A DNA stretch of 64,000 bases from contig CAXXUO010000010.1 in NCBI GenBank assembly GCA_963666485.2, positions 1 through 64,000 on the forward strand, read 5' to 3'. The notes under the pieces were generated by a model that was not told where the DNA came from, searched no databases, and was given only the letters and a program-made list of their open reading frames with translations. Made by a program: the position numbers and the translations under genes. Positions 48,520 through 57,971 of the stretch are shown one piece after another. The stretch is from Syntrophorhabdaceae bacterium (GTDB taxonomy: Bacteria > Desulfobacterota > Syntrophorhabdia > Syntrophorhabdales > Syntrophorhabdaceae). Each line of letters begins with the position of its first letter. The stretch's first letter is position 1.

Positions 48520-49599
48520 TCAAATCTTCATCATATCTTTTCTAATGCGAGTTAAGATCTGCGGTGCGCCTTCCGTTATTAGTATCATATCTTCCAGCCG
48601 TACGCCACCGATATTCGGCAGGTATATGCCGGGCTCGATCGTTATCACCATGTTCTCTTCGAGGATCCCTTTCGCCTGGGTGTTTACCGCCGGCGCTTCG
48701 TGTACGGCTATCCCGACGCCGTGGCCGACGCCGTGGCGGAAATAATCTCCGTATCCTTTTTCCTCGATGTATCCCCTGACAATGGCATCGAGCTGCCTTG
48801 TCGAGGTCCCTGCTGTCGCTTTTTCGATGCCGAGTTTCCGCGCGTCATCGACGACCGTATATATTTTGGCCAGCTCGTCGGGGATGTCCCCGATACAGAT
48901 GGTCACCGTCTCATCACTGCAATAGCCCGATACGTTTGCCCCGAAATCGATGATCACCGTCTCGCCCGCCTGAAGTTTCCTGCTGCCGGGCTCCGCATGG
49001 GGAAGGGCGGCGCGCGGGCCTGACGCGACGATGGTATCAAATGACGGCCCCCGGGCGCCGCGCCTGCGCATGATATGATCGAGTTCGCCGGCTATATCAC
49101 TTTCGACCGCACCGGGCTTCAACATTCCCATAATATCGTTAAAAGCCCCGGTAGCAATGGTTATGGCATCCATGATCGCCGCGACTTCCCCGGCGTCCTT
49201 ATTCTTGCGGATCTCCTCAATGGACGAATTCATCGGCACGACACTGATGCCCGTGAGGGTCTCCGTCCACGTGCTGTACGTATTGTAGAAAACATGTGTC
49301 CCGTCGAACCCGAGTTTGGAGACCTTGTATTTTGTGCACAGGTCATTGAGTACGTCATACCCCGGCCGCATCTCCTCGATATGAATGCCGCCGGCTACCT
49401 CGCGTGCATGCGTTATATAGCGGAAATCAACGATGAGCACCACATCGCCCCGCGTGACGAAAAGCATGCCCTCCGAGCCCCTGAAGCCCGTGAGGTAGAA
49501 GATGTTGTCCATCCCCTTGAGAACGCAGCCGTCGAGGCCCGTCTCCTTAAGCAGCTCCTGCAGCCGTTCTATGCGTGATCCGTCTCTTGTCATTTCCAT
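48520..49599 (-). CDS. Xaa-Pro aminopeptidase (M24B)
   Basis: YLTGF.GS, DFRY, DFG...GYCSD, HGVGHGVG..VHE, EPGIY, GVRLED. Confidence 0.93.
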   Translation of the reverse strand: MEMTRDGSRIERLQELLKETGLDGCVLKGMDNIFYLTGFRGSEGMLFVTRGDVVLIVDFRYITHAREVAGGIHIEEMRPGYDVLNDLCTKYKVSKLGFDGTHVFYNTYSTWTETLTGISVVPMNSSIEEIRKNKDAGEVAAIMDAITIATGAFNDIMGMLKPGAVESDIAGELDHIMRRRGARGPSFDTIVASGPRAALPHAEPGSRKLQAGETVIIDFGANVSGYCSDETVTICIGDIPDELAKIYTVVDDARKLGIEKATAGTSTRQLDAIVRGYIEEKGYGDYFRHGVGHGVGIAVHEAPAVNTQAKGILEENMVITIEPGIYLPNIGGVRLEDMILITEGAPQILTRIRKDMMKI

Positions 49600-49799
49600 A
49601 ATTTCTTGAAAGTGTTCAGAACGCCTTTCTTCCGGCTTGCCTTGAATTGTTTTTTCAGCTGGGAAAGGCGGCCGGCATACGTTTTATTACCGGGCTCGCG
49701 ACGCACAAGCTCGGCATAGATCTGGATCGACATCTCGATGTACCCCTGTTCGAGATATATCTCAGCCAGCGTGACGGACGCTATCACCGGGGTTTCCAT
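49590..49799 (-). CDS. Small TPR-like protein
   Basis: SVTLAEIYLEQG...IY..L...P; start ATG 49799. Confidence 0.7.
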   Translation of the reverse strand: METPVIASVTLAEIYLEQGYIEMSIQIYAELVRREPGNKTYAGRLSQLKKQFKASRKKGVLNTFKKLWK

Positions 49800-49845
49800 A
49801 AGGCATAAATATATGATTATATTGGAAAAAAAGCAAGGGAAAAGA

Positions 49846-49962
49846 ACGGCGTACGGCTGACGGCGTACGGCGTACGGCGTACGGCTAACGGTAAAAAGAA
49901 AAAAATTCACTCGGCGTCTTTTTATGCTTTTTTCCGTACGCCGTCAGCCGTACGCCGTCAGC
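49846..49962. repeat. Inverted GTACGGC/TGACGGC heptamer arrays
   Basis: acggcgtacggctgacggcgtacggcgtacggcgtacggctaacgg ... ccgtacgccgtcagccgtacgccgtcagccg. Confidence 0.85.
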
Positions 49963-50666
49963 CGATACCATATTCCCTTCTCCGCCGCCGCGATCACCCC
50001 GTCCGTTATCCCCGTCTGCTCCATTATTTGTTTCATGAGAACGGCGGCCATGTGGCGGTGGGGGTATGCGTCGTATTTGTTGAGGACGATGGTCCTGGTC
50101 ATTCCTTCGGTCCCTTTGAGCAGGGCGTCACCGGAGAACATGCGGAGAAATATATCGGGGTATACCAGGCGGGGATCGAGGCCTGTCTGCTCGCGAAAAA
50201 GGTGGCTGCGAAAGACGGCATCATCGAAAGGTTTGAAGAGGGCATCCATGCCAGCGACAATAAACACCCTGTCAGTGTAAGGCATAATAACGGGCTCGTG
50301 GGTCGCCGGGAACTTTAGGGGGCATCCTTTCGCGCCATCCGCCTCGACGAGCACGACGTCGTAGACGGCGCCGAGCGATCGTACCTCGTCGGGGGTGAGG
50401 CCGGTGAGCTTACCGTCCTCAACCGTCTTTCCTATACGGGCGAAGGATGCATCCGGCCCTTTCTTTTTCCAGTCGGCAAATGTGATAAATGGTTCAACTG
50501 CGACGATCTTGGCCGTTGTCGCGATTGCGACTGTTTTCATGCGCGCGAGACAGGATTGTGCCAGGCGCTCCGTGAGGGTCGTCTTTCCGCCGCCGCCGGT
50601 GAAGGCAGCAAATTTAACACCCTCGATCAGGTGATAGGGGTCATTCGTCCTTTGAATATACAACAT
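49944..50666 (-). CDS. yqeC: YqeC, accessory protein of selenium-dependent molybdenum hydroxylases
   Basis: GGGGKTT, VLVEADGA...PLK.P..HEPVI. Confidence 0.85.
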   Translation of the reverse strand: MLYIQRTNDPYHLIEGVKFAAFTGGGGKTTLTERLAQSCLARMKTVAIATTAKIVAVEPFITFADWKKKGPDASFARIGKTVEDGKLTGLTPDEVRSLGAVYDVVLVEADGAKGCPLKFPATHEPVIMPYTDRVFIVAGMDALFKPFDDAVFRSHLFREQTGLDPRLVYPDIFLRMFSGDALLKGTEGMTRTIVLNKYDAYPHRHMAAVLMKQIMEQTGITDGVIAAAEKGIWYRLTAYG

Positions 50667-50895
50667 AAGGAAGGCTTCTGATCCGTTTTATTATATCCAG
50701 GACGCGGTCTTTGTCATTTTCCTGTACAAAAAGGGACGCGTACCCTTTTTGCAGAATGAACAGGCCGTCGTAAGCCGTATCGCGATGTTCCTTGATTGTG
50801 TATGGTATTCCCTCGGTATCGAGAGCATCCTTGATCATGTCCATCTCAAAGATGCTCTCTATGGTGTGCACATTGAGCTGTCTATTTCGTTCCAT
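50641..50895 (-). CDS. DUF2007-like small protein
   Basis: FE..MIK..L..EGIPY, DTAYDGLF..QKG. Confidence 0.7.
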   Translation of the reverse strand: MERNRQLNVHTIESIFEMDMIKDALDTEGIPYTIKEHRDTAYDGLFILQKGYASLFVQENDKDRVLDIIKRIRSLPYVVYSKDE

Positions 50896-51349
50896 CCGTG
50901 GGGCCTGGTTTTGGCATAGACCCCTTGTCCGCGGGCCCGACCCAGATTTCAAGCTCGGTCTGGAATGCCCCGCGGGAGATCTTGATATTGCATGTCTTGT
51001 CGTCCTTCATATAATTGAGCACGATATCTTTGTACCTGAAGCTGTTTATATATCTCCAGCCGTTCTTCGACATGTTTATTTTAAAGTAATTCTCGAGCGA
51101 CGCAGGGTCAACGTTCCCGCTGAAGACGACGACGCCGGCTTTAAAACTGGGGGTTTCGTACACGAAGCTGCGCTCGTTGACTATCTCAACTTCTTTCGGG
51201 ACCGGGACATCAGGGAAGCCATAAAACTGCTGATTGAACCCCTGCGCCTTTGACGGCGCCTGGGTGTCGGAGGTTCCCTGTTTCTGAAAAGCCGCACACC
51301 CGACGCATATCAAAGACAATGCAAAGCAGATCACTATCAGTTTCTTCAT
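50882..51349 (-). CDS. Lipoprotein, unknown function
   Basis: Lipobox CVGC; FPDVPVP motif. Confidence 0.75.
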   Translation of the reverse strand: MKKLIVICFALSLICVGCAAFQKQGTSDTQAPSKAQGFNQQFYGFPDVPVPKEVEIVNERSFVYETPSFKAGVVVFSGNVDPASLENYFKINMSKNGWRYINSFRYKDIVLNYMKDDKTCNIKISRGAFQTELEIWVGPADKGSMPKPGPTDGTK

Positions 51350-52155
51350 GTGTTCCCTCCCTTTTTATCTCTTTCAAGGTATGCATACGCACTGTGATTG
51401 TGTATGCTCTCAAAATTTTCCGCCTCGATCGAAAACCAGCGGACATTATTATCCAGAGATAACTTCTCCGCAATGTCCCGTACGACATCTTCGACAAACT
51501 TGGGGTTGTCGAATGCATGCTCGGTTATGTATTTTTCGTCCTCCCTTTTCAGGATCGAATATATGTCGCTGCTGGCGCTCCCTTCGATTATCGAGATGAG
51601 GTCTTCTATCCAGAAGAACCTCTTCGTGTTGACCTCGACCCGGGTGATCCCCCGCTGATTGTGGGCGCCGTGCTCGCTGATCTCCTTCGAACAGGGACAG
51701 AGTGTATTTATGGGAACCGACACAAAGACGATAAACTCCGTCATTGTGTCGTCCGCGTCCAGTGAACCCCGAAAACCGCATTGGTATTCCATGTAGCTCG
51801 GTGTTTTTGAGACCGGCGCTTCTTTTTTGATGAAGTAAGGAAAACTGACCGACATATGCGCCGCTTCGGCATCGAGCCGCACCTTCATTTCCCTCAGGAT
51901 GTCAGGGAAATTTTTCATGTTGATCATGTCCTTGTATTCATGCAGGATCTCCACGAAGCGGCTCATGTGCGTGCCCTTGTAGTGATGCGGCAGGTTGACG
52001 TACATGTCGATCGTTGCAATAGTGTTCTGGTGGCCGTTCGCCCTGTCGAGGACCACGATCGGGTACTTGACATTCTTCACGCCTACCTTGTCGATCTCTA
52101 TCTCGCGGCCGTCGTACATGCTCTGGACGTCCGCCATTTCGGTTTTATCTTTCAT
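51346..52155 (-). CDS. folE2: GTP cyclohydrolase IB
   Basis: KGTHMSRF, TLCPCSKEIS..GAHNQR, LKREDEK, PKFVED, ESIH.H. Confidence 0.95.
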   Translation of the reverse strand: MKDKTEMADVQSMYDGREIEIDKVGVKNVKYPIVVLDRANGHQNTIATIDMYVNLPHHYKGTHMSRFVEILHEYKDMINMKNFPDILREMKVRLDAEAAHMSVSFPYFIKKEAPVSKTPSYMEYQCGFRGSLDADDTMTEFIVFVSVPINTLCPCSKEISEHGAHNQRGITRVEVNTKRFFWIEDLISIIEGSASSDIYSILKREDEKYITEHAFDNPKFVEDVVRDIAEKLSLDNNVRWFSIEAENFESIHNHSAYAYLERDKKGGNT

Positions 52156-52513
52156 ACGATGCTGAGGCCCTGTCTGATTCCCATACCGTGACCTTTTTCA
52201 CGGACACCCGGCCGCCGCCTGTACGCTTTTCCAATTCCGAAAAAACGTACATTGCGATATACTCGGCGGAGCTTGCGTGTTCCGAAAAAAAGGGTATGTC
52301 GTTGATGTATTTATGATCGAGAACATCGAGGACCTCATGCAGGTGGCTTTTGAGAACGGTAAAATCTATCAGCATCCCGTCATCCTGGAGCTCATCCCCT
52401 GCAACGCAGACCTCGACGGTAAAATTATGCCCGTGCAATTCCTCGCACTTTCCCTTGTAGCCGACGAGCCGGTGCGCCGCGGCAAATGAGTCCTTAACAC
52501 ACAATGTGAACAT
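52145..52513 (-). CDS. queD: 6-carboxy-5,6,7,8-tetrahydropterin synthase
   Basis: FAAAHRL..Y.GKC..LHGHN, DF, LDH, VWE. Confidence 0.93.
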   Translation of the reverse strand: MFTLCVKDSFAAAHRLVGYKGKCEELHGHNFTVEVCVAGDELQDDGMLIDFTVLKSHLHEVLDVLDHKYINDIPFFSEHASSAEYIAMYVFSELEKRTGGGRVSVKKVTVWESDRASASYER

Positions 52514-52567
52514 GCCATACTGTATCGTTTGGGAGGGGATAAAGTCAAGAAGATGGGTACGGGAACA

Positions 52568-52668
52568 GGCGATAGGCGATAGGCAATAGGCAATAGGAAA
52601 ATCGTGCCTGCTACCTCATATTGAAGCAACATCTTTCTATCGCCTATCGCCCATAGCCCACTGCCTGT
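52568..52668. repeat. Inverted GGCRATA heptamer arrays, copy 2
   Basis: ggcgataggcgataggcaataggcaatagg ... ctatcgcctatcgcccatagcccactgcc. Confidence 0.85.
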
Positions 52669-52673
52669 TCCAA

Positions 52674-52700
52674 TAAAAAAGCCCCGCTTAAGCGGGGCCT
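52674..52700 (-). terminator. Rho-independent terminator of rplC
   Basis: gccccgc-ttaa-gcggggc followed by T6 on the - strand. Confidence 0.75.
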
Positions 52701-52718
52701 GTAATTGTACAAAGTTCT

Positions 52719-53369
52719 TTATTTCGCCGATTTCTTGATCGCGCGCCTGATGACCACGTATCCCGTTGTGGGACCGGGGATCGCTCCCTCGATGAGGAGG
52801 AGGTTGACGTCGCCGCGAACGTCCACGATCTTGAGGTTCTGGACGGTCACTTTCTTGGCGCCCATATGGCCGGGCATCTTCTTTCCCCGCATGGTGCGGC
52901 CGGGAGTCATGTTCTGCCCTATTGAGCCGCCATGTCTGAAAGCTTCGTGGGAACCATGCGTGGCAGGAGCGCCACCAAATCCGTGACGTTTCATAACGCC
53001 GGCAAAACCCTTGCCTTTTGAGGTTCCCGTGATGTCCACAAAATCGCCCGGTTCGAAGATGTCGACCGAAAATACCGAACCGACCTCATTTGTCTCGAGG
53101 TCTTCAGGCTCAACCTTAAATTCTTTCAAGATCTTGGTAGGGGTGAGGTCTGCTTTTTTGAAATGCCCGGTCTCAGGTTTGTTTACCCGCTGGACCTTGA
53201 TGACCTCGTCGAAACCGATCTGTACGGCATTATAGCCTTCTTTTTCAGCACTTTTCTTCTGGACAACATAGCAGGGACCAGCCTTTATGACCGTAACAGG
53301 AATGACATTCCCGTGTTCGTCAAATATCTGTGACATACCGAGTTTCTTGCCAATGAGACCTAACGCCAT
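52719..53369 (-). CDS. rplC: 50S ribosomal protein L3 (orphan, outside an S10 operon)
   Basis: GLIGKKLGMSQ, PVTVI, GY.AVQ.G, SKGKGFAG.MKRH, GSIG, GKKMPGHMG; SD GGAGGTG. Confidence 0.97.
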   Translation of the reverse strand: MALGLIGKKLGMSQIFDEHGNVIPVTVIKAGPCYVVQKKSAEKEGYNAVQIGFDEVIKVQRVNKPETGHFKKADLTPTKILKEFKVEPEDLETNEVGSVFSVDIFEPGDFVDITGTSKGKGFAGVMKRHGFGGAPATHGSHEAFRHGGSIGQNMTPGRTMRGKKMPGHMGAKKVTVQNLKIVDVRGDVNLLLIEGAIPGPTTGYVVIRRAIKKSAK

Positions 53370-53468
53370 GATAGACACCTCCGAAAAATTGTAACATAAT
53401 AGTCGAAAACTCCCCGAAAGTCAACATGAAATCGGCTGCCCGCCCGCCTCCGGGCAGGATACTTCCCC

Positions 53469-54344
53469 GTGAGTGAGAAAAGAAAAAACTTAATGGAATA
53501 TCCTTATGTCCGAACACTACTATATATGCCCAGCGCAAGCACTATACCACGGGAGCATTTAATAAGTCGGGCAAGCGAGATCAAGATGATACCGACGCTG
53601 CACACAGTTGCGGACAAGGTGTTCGGTGTTCTCGACAACAGCAATTCATCTTTCAATGATCTCTCGGACGTTGTCAGGTATGACCAGGCCATCACATCGA
53701 AAATAATCAGCATCGCCAATTCCGCATATTACAGCCGGGGCGTTGAGATCTTCAACTTGCAAAGGGCCATGCTCACGATCGGGTTCGAAGAGGTCAGGGG
53801 CATAGTTACCTGCATCCTGCTCATGGAAGGCATCAGGAAATTGCTCAAGCTGAAGGAGGAAGACCTTTTCAGCCTCTGGAAGCACTCGATCGAGGTTGGG
53901 TGCGCGGCCCGCATATTATCGGAACGCCTCATGGTCGAAGACCCGCAGAAGGTTTTCACCGCGTCACTGCTGCATGATATCGGTAGGATAATATTCTATG
54001 CGTTCTCCCCTGAATACAAGGAAATAGAGAACGAGGCAGGCCGGGGTACGGACCTTGCCGCGCTCGAAAGGGAGCGTTTCGGGATAGACCACCAGGAAAC
54101 GGGCCACATCATCGCCGTGAAATGGAAGTTCCCGGCGGATTTTACGAGGGTGGTCGGCAATCACCACAAGGAATCCCCCGATAGCGTTGACGGGCTTCTC
54201 AGGCTGATCACCGCATCGGACCGTTTCTTTACCGGGGCACACAGAGGCAGTTCCACGGAAGGCCTGGTCCTGGACAGGGAACATGACGCCATCATGTTCG
54301 AGGTGCAAAAGATATCGAAGTTCATGCAACTGGATATACCATGA
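53469..54344 (+). CDS. HDOD-domain signalling protein
   Basis: DQAITSKII.IANSAYY, WKHS, LLHDIG, GIDH, WKFP. Confidence 0.9.
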   Translation: MSEKRKNLMEYPYVRTLLYMPSASTIPREHLISRASEIKMIPTLHTVADKVFGVLDNSNSSFNDLSDVVRYDQAITSKIISIANSAYYSRGVEIFNLQRAMLTIGFEEVRGIVTCILLMEGIRKLLKLKEEDLFSLWKHSIEVGCAARILSERLMVEDPQKVFTASLLHDIGRIIFYAFSPEYKEIENEAGRGTDLAALERERFGIDHQETGHIIAVKWKFPADFTRVVGNHHKESPDSVDGLLRLITASDRFFTGAHRGSSTEGLVLDREHDAIMFEVQKISKFMQLDIP

Positions 54345-56257
54345 GCTGGAATAGCGCCCGCAGCGAATCGATGAAGGCCGGATGGAACTTCTATCTGAGA
54401 GCGGTCGACAATTATTCCATTATAATGCGCATCATGGAGCATGAGGAAAAAGATCTCCTTATCGGTGAAGCGCCGCGGATCTTCGTTGAAGAATCGTTCT
54501 TCGACATGTGTACGGTCATCGTCAACGATGACGGTGCTGTCAGGCAGGCTTTCTATGCCCTCGATGATACGTTCGGCCCGATCAGCGCCGGTGATATAGC
54601 GAACCTCAAGACATGGAACGGCAGGTCCAATGTTATAGAGGACTATCTCAATTACGGCACGATCTACATTTACACAATACAACGCAGCCTCGCGACGATT
54701 GGGCATATCGTCCTCGGGAAGCGCTGCCGTATCGACCTGACACCTTCGCAGATACGTGAACTCGAGGTGATCGGGGAATTCTACGGCATGGCATTGATGC
54801 GCGGATCAGCTGTTACCCGCAGATCTGATGATACGGTGCACGAGACCGTTCTCGAGTCCTTCCCTGACCCTCTCATACTCGTGGATGCGAACGGGTACAT
54901 CGGTTACGCGAATACAAAAGCAAAAACACATTTTGAGACGAGCAAGGGTTTTTTTCTCAATGAGCGTGCAGACAAGGCTATACCGGGGCTTCCCGAGGCC
55001 CTCGTCAGGGACCGCACGCCGTTCAGCGGGGAAATAAACTACAGATCGGATAACAATTACAGGGTGTACCGGGTTGAAAGCTTTACTGTTCCCGAGGTGA
55101 ATGGGCCCGGGTGGCTCGCTATAGTTTTCAAGGACATAGTTGAGATAAAAGCGGACGAGGAGGAAAAATTCTTAAGGAAAAGGAATGAAAGCGTCGGCAT
55201 GCTTGCGGGCGGCATCGCCCACGATTTCAACAACATGCTCACGGGCATCCTGGGCTATGCGGCCCTGATGAAAAAAATGATCAGCGATGCGCAGCTCGGC
55301 CGTTACGCGGAAGCGATAGAACACTCCGCCCAGCGCGCCTCGGGGTTGACCAGGCATTTGCTGAACTTTTCCCGCCGCCAGAAAAGATCGGCCGGGCTCA
55401 TGGATATCAACTTGCTTCTCGACGACGTCCTTTTCCTCGTGAATAAAAGCTTCCACAGTATCGAGGTGATACGGAATTTTGAAGATGTGCTGCCCGCAGT
55501 CCAGGGTGATGAGGCCGAGCTTCAAAACGTCTTCCTCAACCTTTTTATCAATGCGCGGGATGCAATGGATGGCAAGGGCACCCTTCGGGTGACAACGTCA
55601 CGCTACGACAGAGGGCATATCTGTATCCAGATAGAGGATACGGGGAAGGGCATCGATGACACGCTCCGTCACAAGATATTCGAACCGTATTTTTCCACGA
55701 AGGGAGATACCGCCAATCTTGGCATGGGCCTGTATCTCGTCGACAAGGTCATGAGAGGGCATGGAGGTTTCATCGAAATAAAGAGCGACCCGGGCAAGGG
55801 GGCCTGTTTTGAACTTTACCTGCCTGTTCCTTCCCGGCAGCCTGCTACCGTATCGAAGCCGCAGCTTAAATTAGCCGAAAAGTCCATAGAAAAGAAGACG
55901 ATTCTCGTCGTCGACGATGAGCCCCTCATACGGGAGCTTCTGAAAAACTATCTTGTGTCCCAGGGGGCGCACCTTCTTGAGGCCGAGAATGGCGAGGATG
56001 CGCTGCGCATATACCGGCAGCACAAAGACTCGATCAACCTGATCGTTCTCGATGTGATAATGCCCGGGATGAAAGGAGACGAAGTTCTCCGCAGGATCAG
56101 GAAAGACCCCGCCAAAACCAAGGTCATCATATCAAGCGGTTTCATGAGCGAAGAGCAGAGGAAGAAGCTCAAGGAACTCAACGTCGACGGTTTCCTGGAC
56201 AAGCCGTTCAAGGATGACGGTGCGCTGTCGATAATAGGGGAAGTGCTCGCTAAATAA
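54341..56257 (+). CDS. Hybrid sensor histidine kinase (PAS-HisKA-HATPase-REC)
   Basis: GGIAHDFNNML, NLFINARDAM, DTGKG, GMGL, ILVVDDE, LDVIMP. Confidence 0.93.
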   Translation: MSWNSARSESMKAGWNFYLRAVDNYSIIMRIMEHEEKDLLIGEAPRIFVEESFFDMCTVIVNDDGAVRQAFYALDDTFGPISAGDIANLKTWNGRSNVIEDYLNYGTIYIYTIQRSLATIGHIVLGKRCRIDLTPSQIRELEVIGEFYGMALMRGSAVTRRSDDTVHETVLESFPDPLILVDANGYIGYANTKAKTHFETSKGFFLNERADKAIPGLPEALVRDRTPFSGEINYRSDNNYRVYRVESFTVPEVNGPGWLAIVFKDIVEIKADEEEKFLRKRNESVGMLAGGIAHDFNNMLTGILGYAALMKKMISDAQLGRYAEAIEHSAQRASGLTRHLLNFSRRQKRSAGLMDINLLLDDVLFLVNKSFHSIEVIRNFEDVLPAVQGDEAELQNVFLNLFINARDAMDGKGTLRVTTSRYDRGHICIQIEDTGKGIDDTLRHKIFEPYFSTKGDTANLGMGLYLVDKVMRGHGGFIEIKSDPGKGACFELYLPVPSRQPATVSKPQLKLAEKSIEKKTILVVDDEPLIRELLKNYLVSQGAHLLEAENGEDALRIYRQHKDSINLIVLDVIMPGMKGDEVLRRIRKDPAKTKVIISSGFMSEEQRKKLKELNVDGFLDKPFKDDGALSIIGEVLAK

Positions 56258-56259
56258 CC

Positions 56260-56364
56260 GTTCCACGTTCCACCGTTCCACGCTAAAAACAAAACGCCAA
56301 ACCTAAAATATCTGCTTTTTGTAATTCCTTTTTCGTGGAACGTGGAACGGTGGAACGTGGAACC
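56260..56364. repeat. Inverted GTTCCAC heptamer arrays, copy 3 (between convergent genes)
   Basis: gttccacgttccaccgttccacg ... cgtggaacgtggaacggtggaacgtggaacc. Confidence 0.9.
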
Positions 56365-56369
56365 TTTTT

Positions 56370-57971
56370 TTATTTGAGGTTCTCTTTTTTTCTCCACCTT
56401 CTATGCGAGGATACGGCGAAGCGGTGGGCTTCATCGCGCATCCTGACGATCTCTTTGTACACGGCAGAGGCGCGGGGAAGGGCCAGGTGATTCTTGCGGG
56501 AGGGGATGTAAATGACATCTTCCATCCGTTTGCGGCCTTCTCCCTTGGCGATGGATATGATGTCGGTCTCGATATCGCGGGACTTTAGTACCTTGTGCGC
56601 TGCCGCGAGCTGTCCTTTACCGCCGTCTATTATGTAGAGGTCGGGCAGGGGGCCGAGTTCCGTGTTGTTCACCCTGCGCGTCAGGACCTCGGTTATCATT
56701 GCGATGTCGTCGAGGGTGTCGTCCCCGCGGATGTGGAATACGCGGTACTGGTCCTTTGCGGGTTTGAAATCTTTAAAGACGGTCATGGCGCCGGTCGGGT
56801 TTTTTCCGCTTATGTGCGAGATATCGTAGATCTCGATGCGCTGCGGGGCATTCTTGAGCCGAAGCGCATCCCTGAACGCCTGGTCGAGCGGCGTCGTCTC
56901 AGTTTCATGAAGGTTTTCGATGGCGAGGCGGACCATGTCCCGGGCTACCCTGTGGCCGGGCCCGAGGATCCGTACCGGCCCCTTCTTCTTTTCCATCAGA
57001 TATTTTTCGAGGATCTCCCGGTCTTCCGGTTCCTCAGATATGATGATCTCATCAGGGATCGGGCGCGCCGAATAATACTGGAACAGGAATGTCATCAGGG
57101 TCTCGCGGGCGTCCTCGGCATAAAAATTTTCTTTGTACAGCCGCCTCGAGAGGAGCACCCCCCCGCGCACCGTGAGCACAACGATGGAGATGACCTTCGC
57201 CCTCTCCGAAAAGGCCCAGACGTCGCGGTTCTTGCCGAAATGCTCGTGGACGTGCTGTTTTTCCATCATCGTCTTGATGGCCAGGTAGCGTTCCTTGAGG
57301 ACCTGTGCCGCCTCGAAATCCCAGGAAGCTATCCTGCCTGAGATATCCGATTCGATGGTCTTCAGGACCTTCTCGTCCCTGCCCGATAGAAAATCCCTTA
57401 CCTGTTCGATGGTCCTGTCATATTCGGCTTTATCGACGGGCATAACGCACGGGCCGGGGCATTTCCCGATCTCGAACAGGATGCATGTCCTTTTCCTGTT
57501 CCGGAATACGGATTCCTTGCATTTCCTGAGCGGGTAAAGCTGCTGCATTAGTTTCAAAATGTCCCGTACCTCCCGGCCGTGGGGGTAGGGGCCGAAATAT
57601 ACCGACCCGTCGTCCACTATCTTGCGTGTAGCGAAAAGGCCGGGATAGTCATCCTTTATGGTCAGCTTGAGCGAAAGGTAGGATTTGTCGTCCTTCAAAA
57701 CGATATTGTATTTCGGCGAATACTGCTTGATCAGGTTGTTTTCGAGAAGAAATGCCTCGGTTTCATTTGCGGTCAGGATAAAATCTATGGTGTCGATGCT
57801 GTCAACGAGCAATCTGGTCTTGGCGTCCTTCACATCGCTGCGGAAATAGCTCCTGACACGATCGCGGATGCTCTTTGCTTTGCCGACATAGATTATGTCA
57901 TCTGCACCGTCCTTGAACAGGTATACGCCCGGCGAATCCGGCAGGCCGTCAAGAACGAATTCCCCGATCAC
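56370..57971 (-). CDS. uvrC: Excinuclease ABC subunit C (no C-terminal HhH domain)
   Basis: PGVY...[47 protein letters not shown]. Confidence 0.95.
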   Translation of the reverse strand: MIGEFVLDGLPDSPGVYLFKDGADDIIYVGKAKSIRDRVRSYFRSDVKDAKTRLLVDSIDTIDFILTANETEAFLLENNLIKQYSPKYNIVLKDDKSYLSLKLTIKDDYPGLFATRKIVDDGSVYFGPYPHGREVRDILKLMQQLYPLRKCKESVFRNRKRTCILFEIGKCPGPCVMPVDKAEYDRTIEQVRDFLSGRDEKVLKTIESDISGRIASWDFEAAQVLKERYLAIKTMMEKQHVHEHFGKNRDVWAFSERAKVISIVVLTVRGGVLLSRRLYKENFYAEDARETLMTFLFQYYSARPIPDEIIISEEPEDREILEKYLMEKKKGPVRILGPGHRVARDMVRLAIENLHETETTPLDQAFRDALRLKNAPQRIEIYDISHISGKNPTGAMTVFKDFKPAKDQYRVFHIRGDDTLDDIAMITEVLTRRVNNTELGPLPDLYIIDGGKGQLAAAHKVLKSRDIETDIISIAKGEGRKRMEDVIYIPSRKNHLALPRASAVYKEIVRMRDEAHRFAVSSHRRWRKKENLK

